This document shows, piece by piece, positions 24,410 through 36,146 of a DNA stretch of 50,782 nt; the first letter of the stretch is position 1; every line of letters starts with the position of its first letter. Source of the stretch: Chiloscyllium plagiosum (lineage: Eukaryota); NCBI RefSeq assembly GCF_004010195.1, contig NC_057718.1, positions 67,482,588 to 67,533,369 of the forward strand. Reading direction: 5' to 3'. Position numbers and translations under genes: made by a program. The notes beneath the pieces are model-generated. The model saw nothing but the letters and a program-made list of their open reading frames with translations. It had not been told where the DNA came from and ran no database searches.

Positions 24410-24880
24410 ACAGATGATGTGTTACCACTGCAGCATTCGGACATCTGTGTGACTATATCTGCACCTTGAGGAATTTCAGCTCAAAGTTAATGAGCTGGAA
24501 TCAGAGATTCAGACACTGCCATATACAAATGATGGGAAAGTTACTCAGGTACTCAGGACTCAGGAGGCAGTCACACTCTTTAGTCTCGATATTTCAGATT
24601 TAGTCCATGGTTAGATACAGGCGACACAGGTATGTGGATCTAGAAAGGAGCCACAGTCCAAAGGCACAGTGCTGTTGCAGTTTGTGGGGATTAGGCAGGA
24701 ACTGCAAAGAGGATGAGAATGTTAACGATAGCTCCATTACTTGGGAGTATGAAGAGAGAAAACACGTATGTATTTTTAGTAGAGCACAATATGGTTAAAG
24801 GGATAGATAGTGTTCTATGCAGATAAAGAGTGTGAATCCCAAAGCCAAATTGTCTCGCTAGTGCCAGATTTATGGACAAC
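24410..24880 (+). mobile_element. CR1 ORF1 fragment
   Basis: LEEFQLKVNELESEIQTL leucine-zipper-like segment and MVKGIDSVLC...CLASAR esterase remnant. Confidence 0.65.
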
Positions 24881-25359
24881 ACCTGAACTGGAGAGGAACC
24901 TTGGCATACCTGGGCAATTTTCCACATTGTCAGGAAAATGGCAACGTTGTAGCTATACTGGTGCAGCTAGGAGAATGGTAAGTTCTTGAGCATGAATCTT
25001 CAGTATTATTGCCGAAATATTGTTAAGGCCTAGAGTTTTTGCTGTATCCAGTGCCTTCAAATGTTTCATGATTTCACGTGGAGTGAATTGAATTGGCTGA
25101 AGATTGATATCTGAGATGCTGGGGAACACTGGAGGAGGCCAAGATGAATCATCCACTTGAAACTTCTGTGTGAAGATTGCTGAAAATACCTCAGCCGTAA
25201 CTTTTGCGCTGATGTGCAGGGCTCTTCTATCATGGAGGTTAAGGATATTTATGGAGCCTACTCCTCCAGTGAGTTGTTTAATTGTCCACCACCATCCACC
25301 ACTGAATGTGATAGGATTGTAGAGCCTAGATCTAATCCATTGGTTATAGGGTCACTTAG

Positions 25360-26104
25360 GTAAAAACAATGACTGCAGATGCTGGAAACCAGATTCTGGA
25401 TTAGTGGTGCTGGAAGAGCACAGCAGTTCAGGCAGCATCCAAGGAGCTTCGAAATCGATGTTTCGGGCAAAAGCCCTTCATCAGGAATAAAGGCAGTGAG
25501 CCTGGAGCGTGGAGAGATAAGCTAGAGGAGGGTGGGAGTTGGGAGAAAGTAGCATAGAGTACAATGGGTGAGTGGGGGAGGGGATGAAGGTGATAGGTCA
25601 GGGAGGAGAGGGTGGAGTGGATAGGTGGAAAAGGAGATAGGCAGGTAGGACAAGTCCGGACAAGTCATGGGGACAGTGCTGAGCTGGAAGTTTAGAACTA
25701 GGGTGAGGTGGGGAAAGGGGAAATGAGGAAACCGTTGAAGTCCACATTGATGCCCTGGGGTTGAAGTGTTCCGAGGCGGAAGATGAGGCATTCTTCCTCC
25801 AGGCGTCTGGTGGTGAGGGAGCAGCGATGAAGGAGGCCCAGGACCTCCATGTCCTCGGCAGAGTGGGAGGGGGAGTTGAAATGTTGGGCCACGGGACGGT
25901 GTGGTTGGTGCGGGTGCATCTCCCCCACTGTACTCTATGCTACTTTCTCCCCACCCCCACCCCCACCCTCCTCTAGCTTATCTCTCCATGCTCCAGGCTC
26001 ACTGCCTTTATTCCTGATGAAGGGCTTTTGCCCGAAACGTCGATTTTGAAGCTCCTTGGATGCTGCCTGAACTGCTGTGCTCTTCCAGCACCACTAATCC
26101 AGAA
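25360..26104. mobile_element. PLE family A fold-back insertion (minus-strand GIY-YIG end + pLTR, then inverted pLTR)
   Basis: Perfect 15-bp TSD tatagggtcacttag at 25345-25359 and 26105-26119. Minus ORF PVAQHFNSPSHSAEDM...RRLEEECLIFRLGTLQPQGINVDF. Arms about 25393-25568 and 25925-26104 are near-perfect inverted repeats. Confidence 0.95.
26008..26045 (+). ncRNA. Minimal type I hammerhead ribozyme motif (family A), intact core
   Basis: CUGAUGA(26014)-A-GGGC-UUUU-GCCC-GAAA-C-GUC; predicted cleavage after C26041. Stem I is weak. Confidence 0.72.
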
Positions 26105-26177
26105 TATAGGGTCACTTAGATCTGTCGATCACTTGCTGCTTATGTTGTTTGGCATACAAGTATATTATGTTTTTATA

Positions 26178-26482
26178 TTGGATTCTCTACAGTATGGATA
26201 CAGGCCCTTCAGCCCGACAGGTCCACACCGACCCTCCAAAGAGTAACCCACCCAGACCCATTCCCCTACTCTGTCTTTACCCCTGACTAATGCACCTAAC
26301 ACGATGGGCAATTTAGCATGGCCGATTCACCTGATCTGCGCATCTTTGGATTGTGGGAGGAAACCGGAAAACCCGAAGAAATGTGCAAACTCCACACAGA
26401 CAATCACCTGAGGCTGGAATTGAACCCAGGTCCCTGGTGCTGTGAGGCAGCAGTACTAACCACTGAGCCACCATGCCGCCCC
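26178..26482 (-). mobile_element. HE1 SINE (small internal deletion)
   Basis: Head gggcggcatggtggctcagtgg, B box ggttcaattcc. Confidence 0.92.
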
Positions 26483-26628
26483 AAGTAGTTCTGCTTGGGA
26501 ACTTCACAAGGTTAACACCTCATTTTTAGCGATGACTTGAGTTGTTCCTGACCCGCCCTTGTGCTCTTTTCATTGAACCGTTGTTGATCCCTGGCTTGGT
26601 GGTTGTAATGATTGAGTGGGAGATATGG

Positions 26629-26851
26629 AGAAAGTGAGGACTGCAGATGCTGGAGAGTCATAGTTGAAAAGTGAGGTGATGGCAAAGCACAGCAGGTTGG
26701 GCAGCATCCGGGGAGCAGGAGAGTCAATGTTTTGGATATAAGCCCTTTATCAGGCAATTCTGATGAAGGGCTTATACTTGAAATGTCAACTGTCCTGCTC
26801 CTTGGATCCTGCCTGACCTGCTGTGTCTTTCCAGCACCACACCTCTTGACC
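26629..26851. mobile_element. PLE family A fold-back mini-insertion
   Basis: Antisense arm ending ...tttatcagg, then ttCTGATGAagggcttatacttGAAA sense arm. Degenerate 17-bp TSD at 26612-26628 and 26852-26868. Confidence 0.87.
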
Positions 26852-27010
26852 TTGAGTTGGGGGTATGGCAATCCATGAGGTTGCAGTTTGTGTTGAAGGA
26901 TGATCCTGCTAATGTTCATGGCCTAAAGTGCTTCATAGATGCCTAGTCTTGAGTTGCTAGATCTGTTCAAAGTCTGTCCCATTTAGTATGCTGATAGTGC
27001 CACACAACGT

Positions 27011-27606
27011 AGAGGTATGGAGATGTACAACATGGAAACAGACCCTTCGGTCCAGCTCATCCATGCCAGCCACATATCCTAAATTAATCTAGTCCTATTT
27101 GCTAGCACTTAGCCCATATCCCTCTAAACTCTTCCTAATCATGTACCCATCCAGATGCCTTCTAAATGCTGTAATTGTACCAGCCTCCACCAGTTCCTCT
27201 AGCAACTCATCCCATACACACACCACCCTTTGCTTGGAAAGGTTGCCCCTTAGGTCCCTTTTAAATCTTTCCCCTCTCAACTTAAACCTATGCCCTCTAG
27301 TTCTGGACTCCCCCATCCCAGGGAAAAAACCTTGGCTATGTATCCTATTCATGACCCTCATGATTTTATAAATCTCTATAAGGTCATCCCTCAGTCTCCA
27401 ATGCTCCAGTGAAAATAGCCCCAGCCTATTCAGCCTCTCCCTATAGCTCAAACCCTCCAACCCTGGCAACATCCTTGTAAATCTTTTCTGAACCCTTTCA
27501 GGTTTTACAACATCCTTCCTATAGGAAGGAGACCAGAATTGCACACAATATTCCCAAAGTGGCCTAAGCAATTTTCTGTACAGCCACAACATGACCTCCC
27601 AACTTC
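27011..27606 (-). mobile_element. CR1 3' end
   Basis: Minus ORF EYCVQFWSPSYRKDV...RLNRLGLFSLE...TRGHRFKLRG. Confidence 0.92.
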
Positions 27607-28704
27607 TTCTCCACAAGGACAGTGTGGTAGTTGCTCTTACCAATATTGTCATGGACAGATCCATGTGCAGACATCATATTGGTCGGGATGAGGTCAATAA
27701 TATTTTTTCTTCTTGTCGATTCCCTCACCATCAGCCACAGACCTGTTTAGTAGTTATGCCCTTTAGGAATTGACAAGTTGATCAGTAGTACTGCTACCGT
27801 GCCACTCTTGGTGGTGGATATTGAAATTCCCCACCCATTTTTTGCCCTTGTCACCATTAGTGCTTCATCCGAGAATTGTTCAACATTGAGGATCAATGAT
27901 TCATCAACTGAGGGAAAATAGTACATGGTAATCAGCAGGTGGTTTCTTTGCCCATGCTTAACTGAAAGCTATGATGCTTCATGAGGTCCAGAGTCAATTT
28001 TGAGGACTTCCAGGGCAACTCGTCCCAACTGTATACTATTTGTTGTCAATACTGCTGGCTCTGTCCTGCCAGTGGGACAGGAGATATCTAAAGATAGTGA
28101 TGATGTTGTCTATAACATATAATTCCTTGAGTATGACTATGTCAGGTTGTTGTTTGACTGGTCTGTGAGAGAGGTCTCCCAATTTTGGCACTATCCCCCG
28201 GATGTTAGTAAAGAGGTCTTTGCAGAGTCATGAGGGCTATTTTCATCATTTTTGTTTCTGGTACCAAGATCAATGTCAGGTGCCAGTCCATTTTCATTTC
28301 TTTGTTGAGATTTTGTAGTGATTGATACAACTGAGTGGCTTGTTGGGCTATTTCAGAGGGCAGGTGGGAGTCAACCACATTGTTGTCAGTCTGGAGTCAC
28401 ATGTAGGCCAGACCAAGTTTGGATGGCTGATTTCCCTTCCCTGGAAGACATTAGTGAGCCAGTATCTAAATATCTTTTTTAAATTCAAAACCCACCATTA
28501 GCAGTGACAGGATTTGAACCTGTGACTCTAGAATATTAGCTCATTTTCCAGATGAATAGACTAGTCATAATACTATCAGGCCATTGCCTCCACTCTACAT
28601 TTGAAGAAAAAATGGCCAATTCTGAAAAGCTAACTGTAGGTCAATCCATTCATTGCAGAAATCAGTGGAGTGAAATTCTTTGCACTTCTTCTAATGCAAC
28701 TATA

Positions 28705-29406
28705 TCTAAGATCAGAGGGTGTTAGTTCAATGTGAGGAGCAAATTGTTTTGAGAAGGTCTAAGAAGAAATTTTTTCACCCAGAGGTTGGTAGAAATATGG
28801 AGGAAGAACACTTCATCTTGTGCCTCAGGAGCTTACAACCATGTTGCCTTAAGATTGAATTCACCAGCTTGCAAATCTTCCCACCTCTCACCTCATTCCA
28901 GGCCCAGCCCTCCCATTCCACCCTGCTCCTTTAACCTGACCCTACCTGTCCATCTTCCTTCCCAGCTATCCACTCCACCCTTCCCACTGACCAATCATAG
29001 CCACCTTCTGCCTGGATCCACCTATTGCCATGCCACCCACCTTTCCCCAGGCCCACATCTCTCCCTCTATTTATTTCACAGCTCCTTTACTTCCCCCAAT
29101 TCTAATGAAATGTTCCGACCTGAAACATCAACTCCCCTTCTCCTCTGATGCTGCTTGACCAGCTATGTTTTTTCCAGCTCCACTCTTTATGCAGTCTGAC
29201 TCTCCAGCATTTGCAGTTCTCACTATCTCCCAGAAATATGGAGCGTCCTGTCTGAGAGAGTTGGTAGAGGCAGAAGCATCTGGATAAGCACTTAAAATGT
29301 CAGGGCATAGTAGGCCATGGATTAAGTGCAGGTAAATGGGATTAGTGTAGTTTATTTGTTGGTGGACCAAAGGGCTACATCTATGTTGTAAGACTCTATG
29401 ACTCTT
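28705..29406 (+). mobile_element. CR1 3' end, interrupted by a PLE
   Basis: KKFFHPEV-like NFFxQRV region; 3' UTR and (tatgactc) tail. Confidence 0.75.
28803..29231 (+). mobile_element. PLE 3' fragment (GIY-YIG end + UTR, decayed hammerhead)
   Basis: EEEHFILCLRSLQPCCLKIEFTS; TSD agaaatatggag at 28791-28802 and 29232-29243. Confidence 0.88.
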
Positions 29407-29419
29407 TATTCTTGCCCAA

Positions 29420-30480
29420 ATTAGGAGGGGAAAACTGACACACTACTCCAAATGTAAACTTATCAATGCCCTGTAAAACTGTTACAAAACTTTTCCACTT
29501 TTACATTCCATTCCTCTCATAATAAACAATAACATCCAAGTTACTTACCCAATCACTTGTTGCAATGTCATGTTAACTCCTTTGTGAGTTATGTACCAGG
29601 ATCAGAGAAAGCTGTGAGGGGACCTGATTAAAGTGCATAAGACAATGGGGGGCATGGACAAGCTGGATAAAGAGCAGCCGTTCCCTTTAATGAAGGGTCA
29701 ATAACAAAGGACACAATTTTAAGGTGAAAGGCAGAGAGTTTAGAGGATATTTGAGGAAACCATCTTTCACCAAGAGGGTGGTGGGAATCTGAAATGCCCT
29801 GCCTGAGAGAGTAATTGAGGCAGGAAACTGCACAACTTAGAAAAAGTACTTGGATGAGCACTTGAAATGCCATAACATTCAAAGCTATTGGACAATTACT
29901 GGAACGCAAGACTGGTGTATATTGAGAGTAGTTTTGTTGATGCAGACTTGATGGGCTGAAGAGCCTATCCTGTACAGTGCAATTCTACGATGTTATGATA
30001 TTCAGGGCTCTGTACTTCAGGGTTCTGCCATCTCTCTCCATTTATTTACTTTTCTATATTTCCTGCCAAAGTGAACAAGTTCATATTTTTCTACATTATA
30101 ATCCATTTGCCAAATTTTGTGCACATTAATATCTTCCATACATCTGTATTTACCTCCCCTTAACCTAATTTCTTATTTTAGCCTGCTTTGTCCTTATACC
30201 TTCAGATCTGTCTTTATTTCTTTTTATAATACTAATTGTAGTCCCCATGTTCTGTCCCTCAAACTGAATGCAAAATTGAATGATATTTTGATTACTGGTA
30301 TGCAGGTTTCATTTACTATGAACTCATTAATTAATCCTGTCTTATTGCACATGGCCAGGTCAAGAATTGTATGTTCTCTACTTGCCTTTAGAACATGCTG
30401 CTCTACGAATCTGTCCCAAAAGCAGTCTATGAATTATTTTACCAGCTACCTTTGCTAGTCTGATTCTTCCGATCTATACA
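29420..30480 (-). mobile_element. Old minus-strand CR1 remnants with a nested plus-strand CR1 3' end (about 29603-30000)
   Basis: Plus piece gaggggacctgatt...ttcaccaagagggtggtgggaatctg...; flanks are antisense CR1 (ttcctgccaaagtgaacaagttcatatttt). Confidence 0.65.
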
Positions 30481-30639
30481 ATGATAAAAATCACTGTACT
30501 TGGCTTATTTACTGTCCGATAGAATACTCACTGTTAAACCAAAATAGTTCATAAACTACACCCACTATTCTTACAAAAAAAGCCTTTGCAGAGACAGTTA
30601 TCATCTTACAAAAATCTCTAAAATGAAATATAGGCCAGT

Positions 30640-31130
30640 AGTCTAAAATATTTCATTCAGACATTGGTAGAATGCGCTACTAAAGAGATGTATAGCAGAA
30701 TGTTTAAATTATCAGAATACATTCAAGCAAAGTCAACACGGTTTTGTGAGGGAAATCTATACTTGGCAGATTTATTGTTAAGTATTTTAAAAATATCAGA
30801 AGCAGGGTGAACAAAAGGGGAACAGTTGATCAAATGTATTTGGATTTCCAGAAAGTTTTTGTTAAAGTGTCACATAAAATGGCACTACGCAAGAGAGCTC
30901 ATGGTGTCAGGAGTGATAATATTCTTAGAGGTAGAGGATTGGCCAACAGGAAATAGAGAGTCAGAATAAGTCTCAGATTGGCAACTGTAATGAATGGAGC
31001 GCCACAGCAATCTATGTTGCAGCTTCAACTACTTATAATCTATTTAACAAATTGGATGAAGAGACAGAAAAAATGCTGATCCAAAGTAATTCGGAAAACA
31101 GTCTGTGAGTAGGATACTGTTATGATCTCA
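30640..31130 (+). mobile_element. Old CR1 RT fragment
   Basis: IQAKSTRF-like SQHGF region, MYLDFQKVFVKVSH, NGAPQQSML. Confidence 0.72.
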
Positions 31131-31439
31131 AGTGAGACCTTTAAGGTTTTAAAAAGAAATTCAAACAGTTGGAAATTACATTGCAACATTTCCTGTTTTA
31201 AGGGAAAAGTTTCTACTGCTCAACAATTAAACATGGTAAGTACTTCTAATACTCTGGTTTATAAACCTTTATTATTTAATGCCAAAAATCTCAACAGAAC
31301 CCCCAGTTCTACTTCATTTCCACTCAACTGTTTCCTTATACATTATGAGGTTTTGAGTATTCATTTCTTTTAGGTCTACCAAGTATGCACTGCTCTGCAG
31401 AATTGACATTGGTTTCATAGTTGTCTCAATGGTTTCAGA

Positions 31440-31970
31440 GAACATTGAACATAAATTTCTGACAATGAACTCTGTCCTCTGTCCTTTTGTCCATCACCCA
31501 GAATCTGGTTTTTTTCATTTTGCTTTCAGCAGAGCTGATCCCATATTCTGCTGTTAGCACCTAACTATTACTCCTCAATTTATCTTTTGCTCTGAAACAC
31601 TTGTGATCTGTAATCTTCCTCAACCTCTAACCTCCCCTTGACCTTCTCTTCTGTTTCACGTCTCCTCCTCACCAATTTTCAACAAAGAAAACCTATCGAT
31701 TTTTCACCCTTGTCTTCAGTTCTGAAGAAGACTTATATTGGACTCATGCCCGAAACGTCGATTCTCTTGCTCCTTTGATGCTGCCTGACCTGCTGCGCTT
31801 TTCCAGCAACACATTTTTCAGCTCTGATCTCCAGCATCTGCAGTCCTCACTTTCTCCTCAAAATATTAAGTCTATTTCTCACTCCACCAAAGTTGCCAGA
31901 CCTGCCGAGTTTTTCCAATGTTTTTTGTTTTTATTTTAGATCTCCAGCACCACACTATTTTGCTTTTATG
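31440..31970 (+). mobile_element. PLE family C 3' UTR with a family A piece (31746-31857) inserted in its hammerhead
   Basis: cagttCTGAAGAagacttatattggactc|atgcccgaaacgtcg...cactttctcc|tcaaaatattaag...gttgccagacctgccgagtttttcc. Confidence 0.8.
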
Positions 31971-32537
31971 TTGACACTTCAGAGGATGCAGTTATGACCT
32001 AGCAGCTATCATTGGTCTTGGGAAGCAGGACAAATGTCAGTCCACATGAATATTTCATCTTACCAATTTCTAGCTACTTGCCTACAAAATGGGCCAACAT
32101 TAGGATTGTGGCACGAAACCAGCACAGAGGATGATAGTTACACATTAGTTACTCTCTTTTTGTTGCAAATTTATTAATTCATTGATTAAATTCCACCAGT
32201 TGTCATAGTGGGATTTAAACTCACATATCCAGAGAGTTATTCAGGACACCCAGACTTATTGATTTGGTCCTACGGGTCATTCTGGTATAGCGCGTGTTTC
32301 GTCATCATAAATTGGATATAATGCGATTGACGAATTGTGCATGCTGTTTCTGCTTTCTACTGAACAGGTATAGCAATCTTCTACAATGATTTTCCATAGA
32401 GATATTTTGTGGTGCAAGGTCGCAGGGAAATACAATGCCACTGCCTCCATTCTACCCAGATTTATACCAGCTAAATGGTCATTAATTGAAGTTTTCCAGA
32501 ATGCTAGCATTTTGCTGAGAAGATTTTCATACAGTTT

Positions 32538-32734
32538 TGATTTGGAGATGCCAATGTTGGACTGGGATGTACAAAGTTAAAAATCACACAATACCAGGGT
32601 ATAGTCCAATGGGTTTAATTAGAAGCACACTGACTTTTGGAGCAGCAACCACCTGATGAAGGAGCGGCGTTCCGAAAGCTATTGCTTCCAATTAAACCCG
32701 TTAGACTATAACCTGGTGTTGTGTGATTTTTAAC
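32538..32734. mobile_element. PLE family B fold-back insertion with hammerhead core
   Basis: TSD ttcatacagttt at 32526-32537 and 32735-32746; CTGATGA at 32653, GGAGC/GTTCC stem, GAAAGCTA at 32674; arms are inverted repeats. Confidence 0.9.
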
Positions 32735-33599
32735 TTCATACAGTTTGTGCACATGCAGCTGAATGCTGCTGTAAGTGCAAAATCAGTAACATTTAAGTCC
32801 ACTCCTATGAAATGATTCCATTCATGAGCAGGTCCTCTAATACTGAATAACCAAAATTATTTCCAAAATGGCAAATTTAACAATGCTTTTTCACCATTTA
32901 ACAATGGTGACGAGAGGAGAAATACACAACTCAAATTGTAGCATCAAGTTTAAGTGCATGTTTTAAGATCTGCATCCAAGTGATTTTTATTCGTTTGGGC
33001 ATGGAATTCAGCTACACAGATCATGCATGCTTCAATTGGTTATTTGTTTAGAGTTGTCTGAGCTAGTCTAAAGTGGTAGTGGCGAGTTATAAATATGCTC
33101 AGTGCAGTTTGGCCATGGAGGTGACAGAAAGAAACAAATCAACCAGGCTCCCATTTCTTGTTCTTTTTTCCTAACACATTTGTCCTGCTGCACGTTTACT
33201 TTGTGATGAGAACTCACTCAGTTGTGATGTTCTTGTATAGTTGATTAGAGGTCAATACACACTGTTTAGTTCATATGCTATTAACACCTTGCATTTATAT
33301 TGTGTGTTTAATATCCGTAAGCACCCAAAGTGCTTCATGGAAGCACAATCAGACAAAAAAATGACATTGAGCCAATAAATAGACACAAAGGAAAGACCTA
33401 ATTCTGTGATTTAAGAAAATACCTCACACAAGTAAATTAGACAAGGTTATTTGCAGGTAACATAGAATGGAACAATTGAGGGAAGAGGTAGCTTCTTAAC
33501 AACTTAACCATATTTAGCTGAAGGAAAATCCTGAGCTTGCAAAGCTAATTGCCCTTGATGAGAAAAGAAAACAAATTAAAATAAAACAGAAAAAGGAAG

Positions 33600-34200
33600 T
33601 TTGACAGAGGTCTGGAGCAAGATTCAATTAATTTCAAGGAAGGCTGTGGGATGTTATAGCTGGCAATCAACAATCTTAAAGCAGAATACATGGAGTGGTT
33701 ATGAGAAAAGATTAATCAATAATATTAGTTGAACATTATTAAATACATAAATGTTAGAAGTTTATCTGGTGAAATATTGGAACCATTGTGGACGCAAATG
33801 AAAATCTTTATGTAGAGGCAAAGAACATACTTGAACTATAAAATGAGTAGCTTGCAGTTGTCTTCATGAACAAGGTGATGGTGAAGGTCACACTAAAAGA
33901 TGAAAAGGAAGTTACGGTCAGGATAGTAATACAGAAGATTTCTAAAAGGATTGTTATTACTCAAAATTGGTAAGTCAATTGGTCTGGATGGAATGCATTC
34001 CAGATTGTTGAAAGAGGAAGGGGTAGAAATGTATTCCTTCCTAATTGTTGGTTGTGTCAGCTATTTAAAATTTCTGTGATTTGTGTTAAAACACCAATCT
34101 TTTCTTCTTCTCAGCATTTAAAGGAAGTTCTGTTTTTTTCTGAAGTTCTAACAATGGGTACAATCTTTTAATCCTCACTGGATCCTGAAATATGCAGGAA
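33600..34200 (+). mobile_element. Very old CR1 ORF2 remnant
   Basis: 'aatgagtagcttgcagttgtcttcat' (NEYFAxVF) and KIGKSIGLDGMHSRLLKE. Confidence 0.55.
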
Positions 34201-36146
34201 GACTGGGGAGGCTTGCAGGGGCAATAGAGTTGGCATAGTACAGGATTTTAATTTTCCTAACATAGGCTGGGACTGCCATAGCATGACATGCTTAGATGGG
34301 GTGGAATTTGTTAAGTCCATTCAGGAAAGTTTCCTCAAACAGTATATAGAGGGTCCTACTTGAGAAGGGGCAAAACTCGATCTACTCTTTGGAAATAGGT
34401 TAGGACAGGCGACTGAGATGATAGTAGGGGAGAACTTTAGGACCAATGACCATAGTTCTATTAGTTTTAAAATAATTATAGAGAGGGACAAAACCAGATC
34501 AGAGGTTCAAGTACTAAATTGGGGCAAGGCGAATTTTCATGGAATTAGACAAGAGTTTGCAAGGGTTGATTAAAATAGTTTGTTTGCAGGGAAAGGGAAC
34601 TCCAGTGAGTGGGAGACCTTCAAATGTGAGATAGACAGAGTCCAAGGTATATATGTTCCTGTGAGGGTGAAAGGCAAGGTTGACAGGAATAGGGAACCCT
34701 GAATGACAAGAGATATTGAAGCTCTCACCAGAAAAAAGAGGAAGGTATGGTTCAGCTGCAGGCAGCTGGGATCTAGGGAATCCCTGGAGGTATATAGGGA
34801 ATACAGGAAGATACTGAAGAAGAAAATCAGGAGGGCGAAAAGGGGGCACAAGATAGCCTTGGCTGAGAAGGTTAGGGTGAATCCAAAGAGGTTCTTTAAG
34901 TATACTAAAGGAAAAAGAATAACTCGAGAGAGAAATGGACCCCTCAAGGACAAAAGTGGATATGTATATGTAGAATCGCAGGAGATGGGCAAGGTCCTCA
35001 ATCAATATTTCTCCTCTGTGTTTACCCCTGTGGAGAAAGATATGAAGACTTGGGAAGTTGGCGAAGTTAGTGGTGATATCTTGGGGACAGTCCATATCAT
35101 GGTAGAGGAGGTGTTGAACAAATTAAAATGTATGAAGATGGGTAAATCTCATGGTCCTGACCAGATATATCGAAGAACACTGTAAGAGGATAGAGAGGAA
35201 ATTGGTGGTGGTGGGGGAGTGGGGGGTGGGGGGAGGAGGGTGGTGGATGTGCTGGCAGATATTTTTGCATCATCATTAGCCAAGGGTGAAGTCGCAGAAG
35301 GCTGGAGGATAGTGAGTGTTGTGCCCTTATTCAAGAAGGGCTGCAAAGAAAAACCTAGGAACTGTAGACCAGTAAGCCTAACATCTGTGATTGATACATT
35401 ACTTTGAAAAGATTCTTAGAGGGAAGAATTTGGAAAGACAGGATTTGATTAGGAACAACATGGCTTTGTGAGTGGGAGATCATGCCTCACAAATTTGTTA
35501 GAATTCCTTGATGAAATGACCAGGAAGATTGATAAGGGCAGGTCAGTATGGCCTTTGATAAGGTTCCACATGGTAGGCTGCACTGGAAGGTTAGACTGCA
35601 TGGAATCCGGGGTGAGCTTGCTATTTGGATATACAATTGGCTTGGTAATAGAAAGCAAAGGGTAATAGTGGAAGGACTGGAGGCCTGCAACTAATGGAGT
35701 ACCTCAGGGGTTGGTGCTGGGCCCATCTGTATCAATGATTTGGATGAGAATGTACAAGGCATGATTAGTAAATTTGCAGACGACACAAAAACAGGCAGTA
35801 TCATGGACAATGAGGAAGGTTATCAGAAATTGCAGCAGGCCCTTGATCAGGTGGGGAAGTTGGCCAAGTAATGGCAACTGGAGTTTAATATAGATAAGTG
35901 TGAGGTCTTGCATTTTGGAAAGTCAAATCAAGGTAGGAGTTTCATGGTGAATGGTAGGGCCTTAAGGAGTGTAGTAGAATACAGGGAACGTGGAGTTCAG
36001 ATGCACGATTCTTTGAAAGTGGAATCACAGGTAGACAGAGCAGTGAAGGAGGCTTTTGGCACACTGGCCTTCATCAGTCAGAGCATTGAGTATAGAAGTT
36101 GGGAAGTTATGTTGCAGTTGTACAGGACGTTGGTGAGACTGCACTT

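Larger units (their letters stand above)
24885..28591 (-). mobile_element. APE-RT LINE (CR1/L2-group-like), 5' half, preceded by a tRNA/SINE-like head; interrupted by four younger insertions
   Basis: Minus strand: A-box-like tggcctgatag (28583-28573), B box ggttcaaatcc (28520-28510), SINE body to 28329, then LFTNIRGIVPKLGDLSHRPVKQQPDIVILKE (APE start near 28220), GGEFQYPPPR-like GDFN region, and LQPIQFTPREIMKHLKALDTAKTLG...MWKIAQVC. Confidence 0.85.

Noticed and set aside
32277..32520. CpG-containing stretch with short ORFs on both strands
   Set aside because: No recognisable domain or convincing acceptor/donor pair; insufficient support.
32538..32734. MITE or miRNA interpretation of the palindromes
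   Set aside because: Arms are unequal copies of a PLE 3' end with 8-17 bp variable TSDs, and the same sequence occurs unpaired elsewhere (8279, 20540).
34514..35095. 193-aa and 143-aa hydrophobic minus-strand ORFs
   Set aside because: Antisense shadows of the purine-rich CR1 ORF2 on the plus strand.
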